The notes under the pieces: model-generated
The model's input: the letters and a program-made list of their open reading frames with translations, nothing else
Database searches by the model: none
Told to the model about the DNA's origin: nothing
Translations under genes and position numbers: made by a program
Shown here: positions 50,003 through 61,171 of the stretch, piece after piece
How the letters are laid out: each line of letters begins with the position of its first letter
How positions within the stretch are numbered: position 1 is the first letter of the stretch
DNA from: Pseudomonadota bacterium
Lineage (GTDB): Bacteria; Pseudomonadota; Gammaproteobacteria; Burkholderiales; REEB80
NCBI GenBank assembly: GCA_028873515.1
Contig: JAGWIG010000003.1
Coordinates: 64,092 to 128,091, forward strand
Length of the DNA: 64,000 nucleotides
Direction of reading: 5' to 3'

Positions 50003-50992
50003 TCAGATCAAGAGGGGTGGTTCATCCAGGAGGGCTGACTGTTCACGCAGGGCAAGAATCTGTTCCTGCCAGTAGCGTTGTGTATTGAACCATGGGAAAT
50101 TTGAGTGAAATGCCGGGTCTGTCCAGCGGCTACCCAGCCAGGCGGCATAATGAATCATGCGTAGTGTGCGCAATGGTTCGATGAGGAGTGTTTCTGAAGG
50201 GTCGAAGCGGTGAAAGGTATTATAGCCCGAGACAAGTGTTTGCAGTTGTTGGGCCTGAATATCACGATCCCCGGAAAGCAGCATCCATAAATCCTGGATT
50301 GCCGGTCCCATCAGGCAGTCGTCCAGATCCACAAAGTGGCAACCTGCCTCTGTCCATAAAAGGTTCCCAGGGTGGCAATCGCCATGTAGACGGATGAAAA
50401 TCCGGGCAGGATGGAGGTTGAATAGCGCTTCAACCTTGGAGAGAACTTCTTTTGTAATGCTGGTATAAACCGGGATGAGATCGACTGGAATAAAGCGGTT
50501 TTGGACTAGCCATTGGGCCGCATCATATCCATAATTTCTGGCATTGATGGTTATCCGGTATTTAAAGGCCCGGATTGCTCCAATTGCATGAATGCGTCCT
50601 ATCAGAAGTCCAATACGCTTTAGTATGGCTGAATCTTCAAGATCCGGAGTCCTGCCGGGTTGCATGGGCCATAGGCTGAAGCGGAAATCGGGAAGGGCAT
50701 GCAGTGTGAGACCTTCCCTGCTTTTGAGAGGAGCGATAACTGGAAGCTGGGCCAATGAGAGTTCCTCTATAAAAGCATGTTCTTCCAGAATCTGGTCGTT
50801 ATCCCATCGATCGGGCCGATAGAATTTGGCTATGATTGATCTTCCTTCTCCAATGCCAACCCTGTATACCCGGTTTTCAAAGCTGTTAAGCGCAAGCAGC
50901 CGGCCATCCGTTGTAAAACCGAGGGTTTCGACAGCATCGAGAATCCGGTCAGGGGTAAGCCTGGAGAAGGGGGCTTTCGCCATTCTGAACAT
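50003..50992 (-). CDS. srkA: stress response serine/threonine kinase SrkA (YihE/RdoA)
   Basis: Colinear with E. coli SrkA. Motifs: LNSFENRVYRV, FYRPDRW, LHGDCHPGNLLW, VDLDDC, PAFHSNFPWF. Confidence 0.85.
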   Translation of the reverse strand: MFRMAKAPFSRLTPDRILDAVETLGFTTDGRLLALNSFENRVYRVGIGEGRSIIAKFYRPDRWDNDQILEEHAFIEELSLAQLPVIAPLKSREGLTLHALPDFRFSLWPMQPGRTPDLEDSAILKRIGLLIGRIHAIGAIRAFKYRITINARNYGYDAAQWLVQNRFIPVDLIPVYTSITKEVLSKVEALFNLHPARIFIRLHGDCHPGNLLWTEAGCHFVDLDDCLMGPAIQDLWMLLSGDRDIQAQQLQTLVSGYNTFHRFDPSETLLIEPLRTLRMIHYAAWLGSRWTDPAFHSNFPWFNTQRYWQEQILALREQSALLDEPPLLI

Positions 50993-51016
50993 CCTTTTGG
51001 GAAAGCATCCGCTTTA

Positions 51017-52513
51017 TTATTCAGGCCGCATCTGTGGGAAAAGAATGACATCCCGGATGCTTGGGCTATCGGTCAGAAGCATGATGAGCCGATCTATGCC
51101 TATCCCTTCACCTGCTGTTGGTGGGAGGCCGAATTCCAGCGCACGGATATAATCAGCGTCATAATGCATGGCTTCTTTATCCCCGGCATTTTTCTGGAGT
51201 GCCTGCTCGCTGAACCGGGCAGCCTGATCCTCTGCATCATTGAGTTCTGAAAATCCATTGGCCAGTTCACGGCCGACAATATAGAGCTCGAAACGATCCG
51301 TGATTTCAGGATTTCTATCATTGCGTCGAGCAAGCGGGGAAACTTCCGCGGGATAGTTGATAATGAATGTTGGTTTGAAAAGCAGCTGTTCGGTAGTTTC
51401 TTCAAACAGCATCAGTTGGAGTTTTCCCAACCCATCATCTTTCTGGAATCCGATTCCAAGCTTGTCCAGTTCCGCACCCACGAAGACCCTGTCATTCAGC
51501 TTTTCTGCTGTATAGGCAGGGTGGTAACGGGACATTGCATCGCAAATGGTCAATTTGTCAAACGGACTTTCCAGATCGACTTCACGCCCCTGGTAGACTA
51601 ATCTTGCGCTACCTGTGGTTTCCACTGCAATTTTACGCAACATGGACTCAGTGAGGTTCATCAGGTCGTTGTAGTCTGCATAGGCTTCGTAAAATTCAAG
51701 CATGGTAAATTCTGGATTATGCCGGGTTGACAGGCCTTCATTTCTAAAATTCCTGTTTATCTCAAATACTTTTTCTATTCCTCCTACCACCAGTCGTTTC
51801 AGGTACAGTTCCGGAGCAATACGAAGGAAGAGCTGCATGTCCAGTGCATTGTGATGAGTGATGAACGGGCGGGCTGTTGCCCCTCCTGGTATGGGGTGCA
51901 TCATGGGTGTTTCCACCTCCATGAATCCACGTTCGGTCAGGAAATTCCGGATGCCCTGTACGACCTTTGATCGAACCGTAAATACCTTCCGGGTCATTTC
52001 ATTTGTAATAAGATCAAGGTAGCGCTGGCGGTATTTGAGTTCCTGGTCAGTCAGACCATGAAATTTTTCAGGAAGGGGACGAAGTGATTTCGTCAGAAGG
52101 TAGACGTGGTTTACCCTGACGGTCAGTTCCCCCGTCCGGGTTCTGAAAAGCGTGCCCTCTGCACCCAGGATATCACCTAAATCATACTGGTTGAATGTCT
52201 CCAGCATGTCTTCTCCCACGGCATCTTTTGTAACATAGATCTGGATGCGTCCGCTCATGTCCTGCAAGGTGGCAAAACTTGCTTTTCCCATGGCCCGTTT
52301 GAGCATCATGCGCCCCGCAATGGCTACATTTATACTGGCAGGTTCAAGTCCGGCATTATCCTGGCCATCATGTATAGCATGCAGTTCTGCAGCAAGATGC
52401 GTTCTCCTGAATTGGTTGGGGTGGGACCAGCCGCTTTCCCGGAGTTTCTGGAGTTTCTGCCGTCGTTCGTCGATGATGGCGTTTGAATCGGGTATTGTGT
52501 TCTTGTCAGTCAT
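51017..52513 (-). CDS. lysS: lysine--tRNA ligase (class II)
   Basis: An OB anticodon-binding N-domain and class II motifs ([23 protein letters not shown]). Confidence 0.96.
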   Translation of the reverse strand: MTDKNTIPDSNAIIDERRQKLQKLRESGWSHPNQFRRTHLAAELHAIHDGQDNAGLEPASINVAIAGRMMLKRAMGKASFATLQDMSGRIQIYVTKDAVGEDMLETFNQYDLGDILGAEGTLFRTRTGELTVRVNHVYLLTKSLRPLPEKFHGLTDQELKYRQRYLDLITNEMTRKVFTVRSKVVQGIRNFLTERGFMEVETPMMHPIPGGATARPFITHHNALDMQLFLRIAPELYLKRLVVGGIEKVFEINRNFRNEGLSTRHNPEFTMLEFYEAYADYNDLMNLTESMLRKIAVETTGSARLVYQGREVDLESPFDKLTICDAMSRYHPAYTAEKLNDRVFVGAELDKLGIGFQKDDGLGKLQLMLFEETTEQLLFKPTFIINYPAEVSPLARRNDRNPEITDRFELYIVGRELANGFSELNDAEDQAARFSEQALQKNAGDKEAMHYDADYIRALEFGLPPTAGEGIGIDRLIMLLTDSPSIRDVILFPQMRPE

Positions 52514-52525
52514 ATTTACCTGTAA

Positions 52526-53642
52526 TTATACGGCCTGCTTGAGGCTTTCATTGATAAATGGATCCAGATCACCATCCAGAACGGCTTGAGTATTACCGAC
52601 TTCAACGTTAGTCCGTAAATCCTTTATCCGGGATTGATCCAGAACATACGAGCGTATCTGGTGGCCCCAGCCAATATCAGATTTGGAGTCTTCCATGGCC
52701 TGTTTTTGTTCGTTTCGTTTGCGCAGTTCAAGTTCATAAAGCCTGGCCTTGAGCATGCTCATCGCTTCAGAGCGGTTCTTGTGCTGAGAGCGATCATTCT
52801 GGCACTGAACGACAATGCCGGTAGGAAGATGTGTGATCCGGATAGCAGAATCGGTTTTGTTGATGTGTTGCCCGCCTGCTCCGGAAGCACGAAAGGTGTC
52901 AACCCGTAGATCAGTTGGGTTGATCTCGATTTCAATGGAATCATTCACTTCAGGATAAACGAAAATACTGGCAAAGGAGGTGTGTCTGCGGTTGCCTGAG
53001 TCGAAAGGGGATTTTCTGACAAGGCGGTGTATTCCGGTTTCCGTGCGTAAATATCCGAATGCATATTCTCCAATAATTTTCAGGGTGGCACTTTTGATGC
53101 CAGCAACCTCACCTTCGGATTCTTCAAGCACCTCAACCTGGAACCCGTGTCTTTCAGCATAACGGATATACATCCGCAACAACATTGAGGCCCAGTCCTG
53201 TGCCTCTGTTCCGCCTGAGCCTGACTGGATATCAAGAAAACAGTTGTTTGGATCCATTGGGTTATTGAACATGCGCTGAAATTCAAGCTCTGCAGTCCGG
53301 CTTTCTATTTTATCCAGTTCATGGCTGATATCCGACAGGGTCCGGTCGTCTTCCTCGGCACGGGCAAGCATGAAAAGTTCCTGCAAATCGGAAAGACTGG
53401 TGTCAATTTGACCCAATGTGTTCACGATTCCGCTAAGTGTGCTTCTTTCCCGGCCTAGTGCCTGTGCCTGCTGGGCATCTTTCCATATTTCGGGATCCTC
53501 TAGCAGGGCATTGACTTCAGTCAACCGTTCCTGTTTGCGATCGAAGTCAAAGATACCCCCGTAATTGCTGGCCGCGATTTGCAAGATCTGCCATGCGTGC
53601 GTTGAGGGCATTTAATTGTTCAGCTTCCATATTTCGAATCAT
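52526..53642 (-). CDS. prfB: peptide chain release factor 2 (requires programmed +1 frameshift at 53549)
   Basis: Frame 0 from ATG 53642 (or 53630) ends ...RGYL-TGA. The +1 frame continues DFDRKQERL... through SPF and GGQ ([10 protein letters not shown]) to 52526. Confidence 0.93.
53546..53562 (-). other. prfB +1 frameshift site CGG GGG TAT CTT TGA C
   Basis: On the minus strand, an internal SD-like GGGGG lies 3 nt before the slippery CTT and the in-frame TGA followed by C. This is the same design as E. coli prfB. Confidence 0.9.
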
Positions 53643-53692
53643 AGCCAGAGTAAAAGGAAATTATACCTTGGGGTCGGCATTTTGCGAAGTTC

Positions 53693-54685
53693 TTAGCCTG
53701 GCAGGCTACGCCGCCATATTTTCCACAAGTCTGATTTCCTGGTCTCGATGTGGTGGGCATGCAATGGTGTCATGAGATGAATGTCGATGCAGTTGAGTTG
53801 ATTCGATTTAAGAGAAGCAAGAAGGGGGGCAAACCAGTTGTCTTCGATATTTTTGATCTCCTTGTTCCAGGCGGCTTCGTCACCAAATTTTTCTGTAACG
53901 AGCAGGTCTTCAAGGATAACGAGATCTCCGGACCTTATGTTGGAAAGCCATAAATCTGCAGACGGGGGCAATATCATGTGATCCAGATTACCCAGGGTTG
54001 CAAGTCCCGCTGCAAGCGGATTGTTGCTCAGGATCCGTTCCCATGGGCGAATCCTTGTGACAGGCAATGATCCCTGACCCCATGGCCAGAGGCTGTTGAC
54101 TGCTAGTTCACCTCTGGCCTCCCTGGCTTCATTGACGGGATGCTCGAAGAGCAGCATCTGGATTTCATTAAGCAGGGTTTTCCAGTACATCCCTTTTTCA
54201 CCTGATGGCAGATAGGCGTTAATGTCCTGACCTGCAACCTGGTCTTTTGGATGGAAAACAAGATTCTCTTCAGTATCGAGGTGCAGATACCATCGGGTAG
54301 GATTGGGGGTGAAAACGTGGAGGTTTTGGTCCTTGAAATATTTATTTATGGTGTGTGCCAGTTCATTGGCTTCATCCTGTTCAAGCCTTAATGCTTCGGT
54401 ATCAAGCAGGATGAGCTGATTCCGGTTAAGATGAAGATGGACAGGATCGATTCTTATCCAGTAGCCTTTTCTAGTGTCAAGCTGGTCAGCAAGTCCGGTG
54501 ATGGCGCCTATTCCGGTATTGGCAGGAAGGCCAAAACTTGAAAGAAGAAATGCATCCATGCCCTGAATGGGTAGTGGAGGTGAGCGGCGGCCCCGCGTGC
54601 AAAGAAGGGTAAGGGCCTCTGGTAGTGATGGTGATCTGTCCCCCTCACCTATAAGGCCAGGTAACAGGATGTGGCAGTTTGACAT
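53693..54685 (-). CDS. conserved hypothetical protein (RpfE-type / phosphoglycerate-mutase-like annotation in relatives, from memory)
   Basis: A 330-aa soluble ORF from ATG 54685 (MSNCHILLPGL...). I could not verify any catalytic motif. Confidence 0.55.
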   Translation of the reverse strand: MSNCHILLPGLIGEGDRSPSLPEALTLLCTRGRRSPPLPIQGMDAFLLSSFGLPANTGIGAITGLADQLDTRKGYWIRIDPVHLHLNRNQLILLDTEALRLEQDEANELAHTINKYFKDQNLHVFTPNPTRWYLHLDTEENLVFHPKDQVAGQDINAYLPSGEKGMYWKTLLNEIQMLLFEHPVNEAREARGELAVNSLWPWGQGSLPVTRIRPWERILSNNPLAAGLATLGNLDHMILPPSADLWLSNIRSGDLVILEDLLVTEKFGDEAAWNKEIKNIEDNWFAPLLASLKSNQLNCIDIHLMTPLHAHHIETRKSDLWKIWRRSLPG

Positions 54686-54757
54686 GGCTTGAATCCTTTG
54701 TTGGCGCGTTTGGCCGCATTGTGGCACACTTTCATTTTATTCTAGAGTCTTATCATT

Positions 54758-55999
54758 GTGCGATTTTTTGAACTGTTTATCGGTCTACGCTATACCCGCG
54801 CAAAACGACGAAACCACTTCATCTCTTTCATTTCCATGACTTCAATGTGTGGCATTGCTTTGGGCGTTGCTGCACTGATTATTGTCTTATCGGTCATGAA
54901 TGGATTCCAGAGCGAACTCCGTACACGTATTCTGGGAGTGGCAGCCCATGTTGAAATTGTTGGAAATGCTGCGCCAGTTCGGCACTGGCAGCATATTGCT
55001 GCTGTGGCGAATCGTGATCCGCGAGTGATGGCCAGCACTCCCTATATCGAGGCGCAGGGACTTTTAACCCATGACTCAGCGGTACAGGGGGTCATGGTAG
55101 AAGGCATCGAGCCCGGAAGTTTTGATAAGGTCGCAGACATTTCTTCACATATGGAATCGGGAAGCCTGACTTCATTGACACCTGGGAGCTATCATATCGT
55201 TATAGGCACTGAACTCGCCCGGGCGCTGGGTGTCAGGGTGGGGGACAGGATTATGCTTGTAGCTCCTGAAGGTCAGGTTACCCCTGCTGGAATGTTGCCC
55301 CGGTTAAGGCAGTTTACGGTAGGAGGCATTTTTGATATCGGCATGTATGAGTATGATTATGGTTTTGCGCTGATAGCCCTGAAAGATGCTGCCACCCTAT
55401 ACAGGATACAGGGGGTCACCGGAGTTCGCCTTAAGCTTCATGATCTTTACAAGGCGCCCCAGGTTTCGGCTGCGCTCTCGAATCAACTGCCCCCTTCTGT
55501 CAGCGTCATTGACTGGACCCAGCAGCATGCCAGTTTTTTTCGGGCCATCGGAATTGAAAAGAACGTGATGTTTATTATTTTGCTGCTGATTGTTGCAGTT
55601 GCGGCATTTAACATTGTCTCGACGCTTATCATGATGGTAACGGACAAGCAAAGTGATATTGCGATTTTGCGGACACTGGGAGCCTCTCCGACCAGTATAA
55701 TGGTCATCTTTATCGTGCAGGGTGTTTTGATTGGGGTAATAGGAACACTCATTGGAGTGGGTTTCGGTATTCTTGTGGCGAAAAATATAGACGTGATTGT
55801 GCCTTTTATAGAACATGTAACCGGAGTGCATTTCTTGAGCAGAAAGGTTTATTACATTAGCGAGGTTCCCTCCAAGCTGGAATGGACGGACGTTTATACG
55901 ACGGGACTGGTTTCCATGCTGCTGTGTTTTCTGGCCACGCTTTACCCTAGCAGACGGGCGTCTCGAACCAATCCTGCCGAAGCGTTGCGTTATGAGTGA
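54758..55999 (+). CDS. lolC: lipoprotein-releasing ABC transporter permease (LolC/E/F type)
   Basis: [20 protein letters not shown]...LSVMNGF, a large periplasmic loop, and a FtsX-type C-terminal TM bundle. GTG start. Confidence 0.88.
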   Translation: MRFFELFIGLRYTRAKRRNHFISFISMTSMCGIALGVAALIIVLSVMNGFQSELRTRILGVAAHVEIVGNAAPVRHWQHIAAVANRDPRVMASTPYIEAQGLLTHDSAVQGVMVEGIEPGSFDKVADISSHMESGSLTSLTPGSYHIVIGTELARALGVRVGDRIMLVAPEGQVTPAGMLPRLRQFTVGGIFDIGMYEYDYGFALIALKDAATLYRIQGVTGVRLKLHDLYKAPQVSAALSNQLPPSVSVIDWTQQHASFFRAIGIEKNVMFIILLLIVAVAAFNIVSTLIMMVTDKQSDIAILRTLGASPTSIMVIFIVQGVLIGVIGTLIGVGFGILVAKNIDVIVPFIEHVTGVHFLSRKVYYISEVPSKLEWTDVYTTGLVSMLLCFLATLYPSRRASRTNPAEALRYE

Positions 56000-56717
56000 A
56001 GAAATAGTTATCCAGGCCAAAGAGGTGACAAAGGTATACAGGCAGGGTCGCACCCAGATTCCGGTACTGAAGGGAATTAATCTAACTCTCATCCGAGGTG
56101 AATCAGTTGCGATTGTTGGTGCTTCTGGATCGGGGAAAAGCACGCTCATGCATCTGCTGGGCGGGCTGGATGCACCTAGTTCCGGAGAGATTCTGGTGCA
56201 GGGTAAATCATTGATGAAACTAAATGAGAAGGCCCGTGGCCTGATGCGAAACCAGTCAATGGGTTTTGTTTACCAGTTTCACCATCTGCTTCCTGAATTT
56301 ACGGCCCTTGAGAATGTGGCAATGCCCTTGTTGATCCGGCGCATGAAAAAAGATGAGGCTGAAACTATAGCAGCCGAAATGCTGGCCAGGGTCGACCTGT
56401 CGCACCGGCTTTCACATCAACCCGGTGAGCTATCCGGGGGGGAGCGCCAGCGCGTGGCGATTGCCAGGGCACTTGTTACCAGACCAGCCTGTGTGCTTGC
56501 CGATGAGCCAACGGGGAATCTGGATCGACATACTGCTGAAAAAGTGTTCAATCTGATGCTTGATCTGAATCTGGAACTTGGGACAAGCATGGTGGTCGTG
56601 ACACATGATCCCCAGCTTGCAGGCAGGCTAGGAAGGGTTATGGAACTTGATGAGGGGCACCTTAGTCCTGTGCAGTTTCCCAGTGAGCGTTGTCTGGCAA
56701 CTGAAACAGGGATATAA
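55992..56717 (+). CDS. lolD: lipoprotein-releasing ABC transporter ATP-binding protein
   Basis: Walker [10 protein letters not shown], signature LSGGERQR and Walker B VLADEPT. It overlaps the permease stop. Confidence 0.92.
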   Translation: MSEEIVIQAKEVTKVYRQGRTQIPVLKGINLTLIRGESVAIVGASGSGKSTLMHLLGGLDAPSSGEILVQGKSLMKLNEKARGLMRNQSMGFVYQFHHLLPEFTALENVAMPLLIRRMKKDEAETIAAEMLARVDLSHRLSHQPGELSGGERQRVAIARALVTRPACVLADEPTGNLDRHTAEKVFNLMLDLNLELGTSMVVVTHDPQLAGRLGRVMELDEGHLSPVQFPSERCLATETGI

Positions 56718-56728
56718 TGCTCGGGCTT

Positions 56729-56805
56729 AGGCGCGTAGCTCAGCTGGTTAGAGCACTACCTTGACATGGTAGGGGTCGTTGGTTCGAGTCCAATCGTGCC
56801 TACCA
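56729..56805 (+). tRNA. tRNA-Val (anticodon GAC)
   Basis: A 77-nt cloverleaf. The acceptor is AGGCGCG/CGTGCCT with CCA, the anticodon stem CTACC/GGTAG has loop TTGACAT, and the T-arm is GGTTCGAGTCC. Confidence 0.95.
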
Positions 56806-56911
56806 AACATCACGCGAAGTCAGATCCATTGCGGGCTCGACCCCGGTGTGTCTGGCTTCTGCTGTTTTAGGGACTGTGGACCTGTTGCCAGTATTGGTCC
56901 TGGAGGTTAGA

Positions 56912-58828
56912 TTGCCACAAATCCGGTTACCTGATGGTTTGGTGCGACATTTTGAAGCACCGGTTACAGTTGGCGCCATTGCTTCTGGCATTGGTTCCGG
57001 TCTGGCACGTGCCGCACTTGCCGGGAAGGTTGATGGCAGGCTCGTGGATCTGTCTTATCAGGTAGATCATGACTGTGATGTCATCATTGTGACAGATCGG
57101 GATGAAGAGGGCCTTGAGATAATACGGCATTCGACTGCCCATTTACTGGCTCAGGCAGTCAAGCAGCTCTATCCGGATGCCCAGGTGACAATTGGACCGG
57201 TCATTGAAAATGGCTTTTACTATGATTTTTCATATAAGCGTGGTTTTACTCCGGAAGATCTTGAGGCCATTGAACAACGCATGAGCGAGCTGGCAAACCA
57301 GGATATTCCTGTTTTCAGACGGGTTATGGCCCGTGACGAGGCTATCCGTTTTTTCCGCAATATCGGCGAGGACTATAAAGCGGAGATCATTGAAGATATT
57401 CCTTCCGGTGAGGAACTTTCTCTTTATAGCCAGGGCGAATTTACCGATCTGTGCCGGGGCCCACACGTCCCTTCTACCGGTAAGCTTAAGGTATTTAAAT
57501 TGATGAAAGTGGCCGGGGCATTCTGGCGGGGTAACTCAGATAATGAAATGCTGACCCGTATTTATGGTACGGCCTGGGCAAAGAAAGAGGAACTGGATAC
57601 CTATCTTCATCGTCTGGAAGAAGCGGAAAAACGGGATCATCGCAAGATTGCCCGGCAGCTGGATTTGTTCCATTCCCAGGAAGAAGCTCCTGGAATGGTT
57701 TTCTGGCATCCAAAAGGATGGGCGTTATATCAGGTTGTTGAGCAGTATATGCGTGGGATATTCAATGAAAATGGATATCAGGAAATTCATACACCTCAGG
57801 TTGTTGACAGGGTTTTGTGGGAAAAATCAGGTCACTGGGAACAGTTTTCCGAGATGATGTTCACGACCTCTTCCGAGAACCGGGATTACGCGATTAAACC
57901 GATGAACTGCCCCTGCCATGTCCAGATTTTCCGGCAGGGAACCAAGAGTTATCGTGATTTGCCCATAAGGCTTGCAGAATTTGGTTCCTGTCACCGGAAT
58001 GAACCATCTGGCACTTTGCATGGCCTTATGCGTGTCCGGAACTTTACCCAGGATGATGCCCATATTTTCTGCAGGGAAGAGCAGATACAGGATGAGGTTT
58101 CGGTTTTTATTGATTTGCTTCACCGGGTCTATCATGACTTTGGATTTGACGAGATATTGGTCAAGCTTTCTACCCGCCCTGAAAAACGGGTTGGAGATGA
58201 CGCATTGTGGGACAAGGCAGAAGCTGCATTGGCAAAGGCTCTGGATAGTAAAGGCCTGAACTGGGAACTTCAGCCTGGAGAAGGTGCATTTTATGGCCCT
58301 AAAATTGAATTTGCCCTGAAAGATTGTCTCGATAGGGTTTGGCAATGTGGCACTATCCAGGTTGATTTTTCGATGCCCCATCGTCTGGAGGCAATATATA
58401 TTGATGAGCAAGGTGAAAAGCAGGTGCCAGTGATGCTTCACCGGGCGATTCTAGGATCTCTGGAGCGGTTTATTGGCATTTTGATTGAACATCATGCGGG
58501 AATGTTTCCGGTATGGCTTGCGCCGGTTCAACTGGCTGTCATGAATATTACGGATGCCCAGGCTGATTATGCTCAAGAAGTGGCGCAAAGACTGTCCTCT
58601 AAAGGGTTACGTCTTGTAAAAGACTTGAGAAATGAAAAAATAAACTTTAAAATTCGAGAACATAGTATGCAGCGGCTGCCTTATTTACTGATTGTTGGCG
58701 ATCGTGAAAAGGCGGCTGGCAAGATCGCCGTGCGAACCCGAAATGGCGAAGATCTTGGCCAAATGTCTCTGGAGGCGTTCATGGAACGTTTTGAATCAGA
58801 GCGGGCCAGACTGGGTCGCACGGCCTAA
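56912..58828 (+). CDS. thrS: threonine--tRNA ligase
   Basis: TTG 56912 lies 5 nt after GGAGG and gives (M)[13 protein letters not shown], colinear with E. coli MPVITLPDGSQRHF. HSTAHLL, class II motifs and 638 aa. Confidence 0.95.
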   Translation: MPQIRLPDGLVRHFEAPVTVGAIASGIGSGLARAALAGKVDGRLVDLSYQVDHDCDVIIVTDRDEEGLEIIRHSTAHLLAQAVKQLYPDAQVTIGPVIENGFYYDFSYKRGFTPEDLEAIEQRMSELANQDIPVFRRVMARDEAIRFFRNIGEDYKAEIIEDIPSGEELSLYSQGEFTDLCRGPHVPSTGKLKVFKLMKVAGAFWRGNSDNEMLTRIYGTAWAKKEELDTYLHRLEEAEKRDHRKIARQLDLFHSQEEAPGMVFWHPKGWALYQVVEQYMRGIFNENGYQEIHTPQVVDRVLWEKSGHWEQFSEMMFTTSSENRDYAIKPMNCPCHVQIFRQGTKSYRDLPIRLAEFGSCHRNEPSGTLHGLMRVRNFTQDDAHIFCREEQIQDEVSVFIDLLHRVYHDFGFDEILVKLSTRPEKRVGDDALWDKAEAALAKALDSKGLNWELQPGEGAFYGPKIEFALKDCLDRVWQCGTIQVDFSMPHRLEAIYIDEQGEKQVPVMLHRAILGSLERFIGILIEHHAGMFPVWLAPVQLAVMNITDAQADYAQEVAQRLSSKGLRLVKDLRNEKINFKIREHSMQRLPYLLIVGDREKAAGKIAVRTRNGEDLGQMSLEAFMERFESERARLGRTA

Positions 58829-58851
58829 TTTTTTTGATTTGGAGGTTTACT

Positions 58852-59376
58852 ATCGCTCAGGAAAAAGAATCGCGGATTAATGGCGAAATCAATGCGCTGC
58901 AGATCCGCTTGATTGGTGTTGACAATGAGCAGCTTGGAATTGTTAGTCTTGCACAGGCACTGGATCTCGCTGAAGAAGCGCAAGTGGATCTGGTAGAAAT
59001 TGCGCCCCAGGCTGAACCCCCTGTCTGCCGATTGATGGATTATGGTAAGTTCAAATATCAGCAAAGCAAGCGGCAGCATGAAGCCAAGATTAAGCAGAAA
59101 CAGATTCAGGTTAAGGAAGTGAAGTTTCGTCCAGGTACGGACGAAGGGGATTATCAGGTCAAGCTACGCAACCTGATACGTTTCCTGCAGGAAGGGGACA
59201 AAACCAAAGTTACCCTGCGTTTTAGAGGAAGGGAAATGACTCATCAGGAAATAGGCATGCGCCTGCTGAAACGGGTTGAGGAAGACCTGACAGAAGTAGG
59301 TGTCGTGGAGCAGTTCCCAAGACTTGAAGGCAGGCAGATGGTTATGGTGATAAGTCCCAAGAAGAAGGCGCCCTGA
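58852..59376 (+). CDS. infC: translation initiation factor IF-3 (non-AUG start, ATC)
   Basis: GGAGG at 58841-58845 is followed 6 nt later by ATC. There is no in-frame ATG/GTG before the conserved RINGEI. The rest is colinear with E. coli IF3. Confidence 0.88.
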   Translation: MAQEKESRINGEINALQIRLIGVDNEQLGIVSLAQALDLAEEAQVDLVEIAPQAEPPVCRLMDYGKFKYQQSKRQHEAKIKQKQIQVKEVKFRPGTDEGDYQVKLRNLIRFLQEGDKTKVTLRFRGREMTHQEIGMRLLKRVEEDLTEVGVVEQFPRLEGRQMVMVISPKKKAP

Positions 59377-59440
59377 TGAGACGGTTTGTTTCATCAATGA
59401 GAGTTGGCGCTAAATATTAACCAATGCGGAGTAACAGGCA

Positions 59441-59638
59441 ATGCCAAAAATGAAAACCAAAAGTGGGGCTGCAAAACGTTTCAAGGCCCTGGGAAACGGT
59501 GGGCTTAAACGCTCACATGCGAATCTTCGTCATATCCTGACGAAGAAAACGACCAAGAATAAGCGCCATTTGCGTGGAACGACCATGGTTGCAAAAAGCA
59601 ACGAACGTCAAATCCGCGCCATGCTGCCTTACGCATAA
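59441..59638 (+). CDS. rpmI: 50S ribosomal protein L35
   Basis: [15 protein letters not shown]... Confidence 0.97.
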   Translation: MPKMKTKSGAAKRFKALGNGGLKRSHANLRHILTKKTTKNKRHLRGTTMVAKSNERQIRAMLPYA

Positions 59639-59647
59639 GGAGGAATC

Positions 59648-60007
59648 ATGCCAAGAGTTAAACGCGGTGTGACCGCCCATGCACGGCACAAGAAGGTACT
59701 GGATCTGGCCAAGGGATATCGCGGCCGGCGTAAAAATGTCTATCGGATAGCCAAGCAGGCAGTGATGAAAGCGGGTCAGTATCAGTACCGCGATCGCCGT
59801 CAACGCAAAAGACAGTTCCGGGCATTGTGGATTGCCCGGATCAATGCGGCTTCCAGAGAGTGCGGAATGACATACAGTGCATTCATGAATGGATTGAAAA
59901 AGGCAGCCATAGAAGTGGATCGGAAGGTCCTTGCCGATTTGGCGGTCTTTGACAAGCCGGCATTCGCCAAGATAGTCGAGCAGGCCAGGGCCAGCCTTTC
60001 TGCCTGA
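59648..60007 (+). CDS. rplT: 50S ribosomal protein L20
   Basis: [18 protein letters not shown]... Confidence 0.97.
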   Translation: MPRVKRGVTAHARHKKVLDLAKGYRGRRKNVYRIAKQAVMKAGQYQYRDRRQRKRQFRALWIARINAASRECGMTYSAFMNGLKKAAIEVDRKVLADLAVFDKPAFAKIVEQARASLSA

Positions 60008-60020
60008 GCACCAACTGTAA

Positions 60021-60047
60021 AAAAGGAGGCTTGATGCCTCCTTTTTT
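60021..60047 (+). terminator. rho-independent terminator after rplT
   Basis: AAAAGGAGGC-TTGAT-GCCTCCTTTTTT. Confidence 0.75.
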
Positions 60048-60115
60048 GTTGCCTGAACGGGATTATGCCGGTGATTATATGAGCCCGTACTCAGGGATTT
60101 GTCTGACAAGACTGA

Positions 60116-61156
<1,041 letters not shown>

Positions 61157-61171
61157 GCGAAGGATAAGGTT

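Noticed and set aside
55397-56149. A 250-aa ORF antisense to lolC/lolD. Similar long antisense ORFs occur at 38587-39228, 43472-44113, 45030-45590, 46573-47133 and 57827-58441.
   Set aside because: Each lies fully inside a well-supported sense gene. Their compositions are Arg/Ser/Pro/Cys-rich, typical of mirror frames. None has an SD or a conserved motif.
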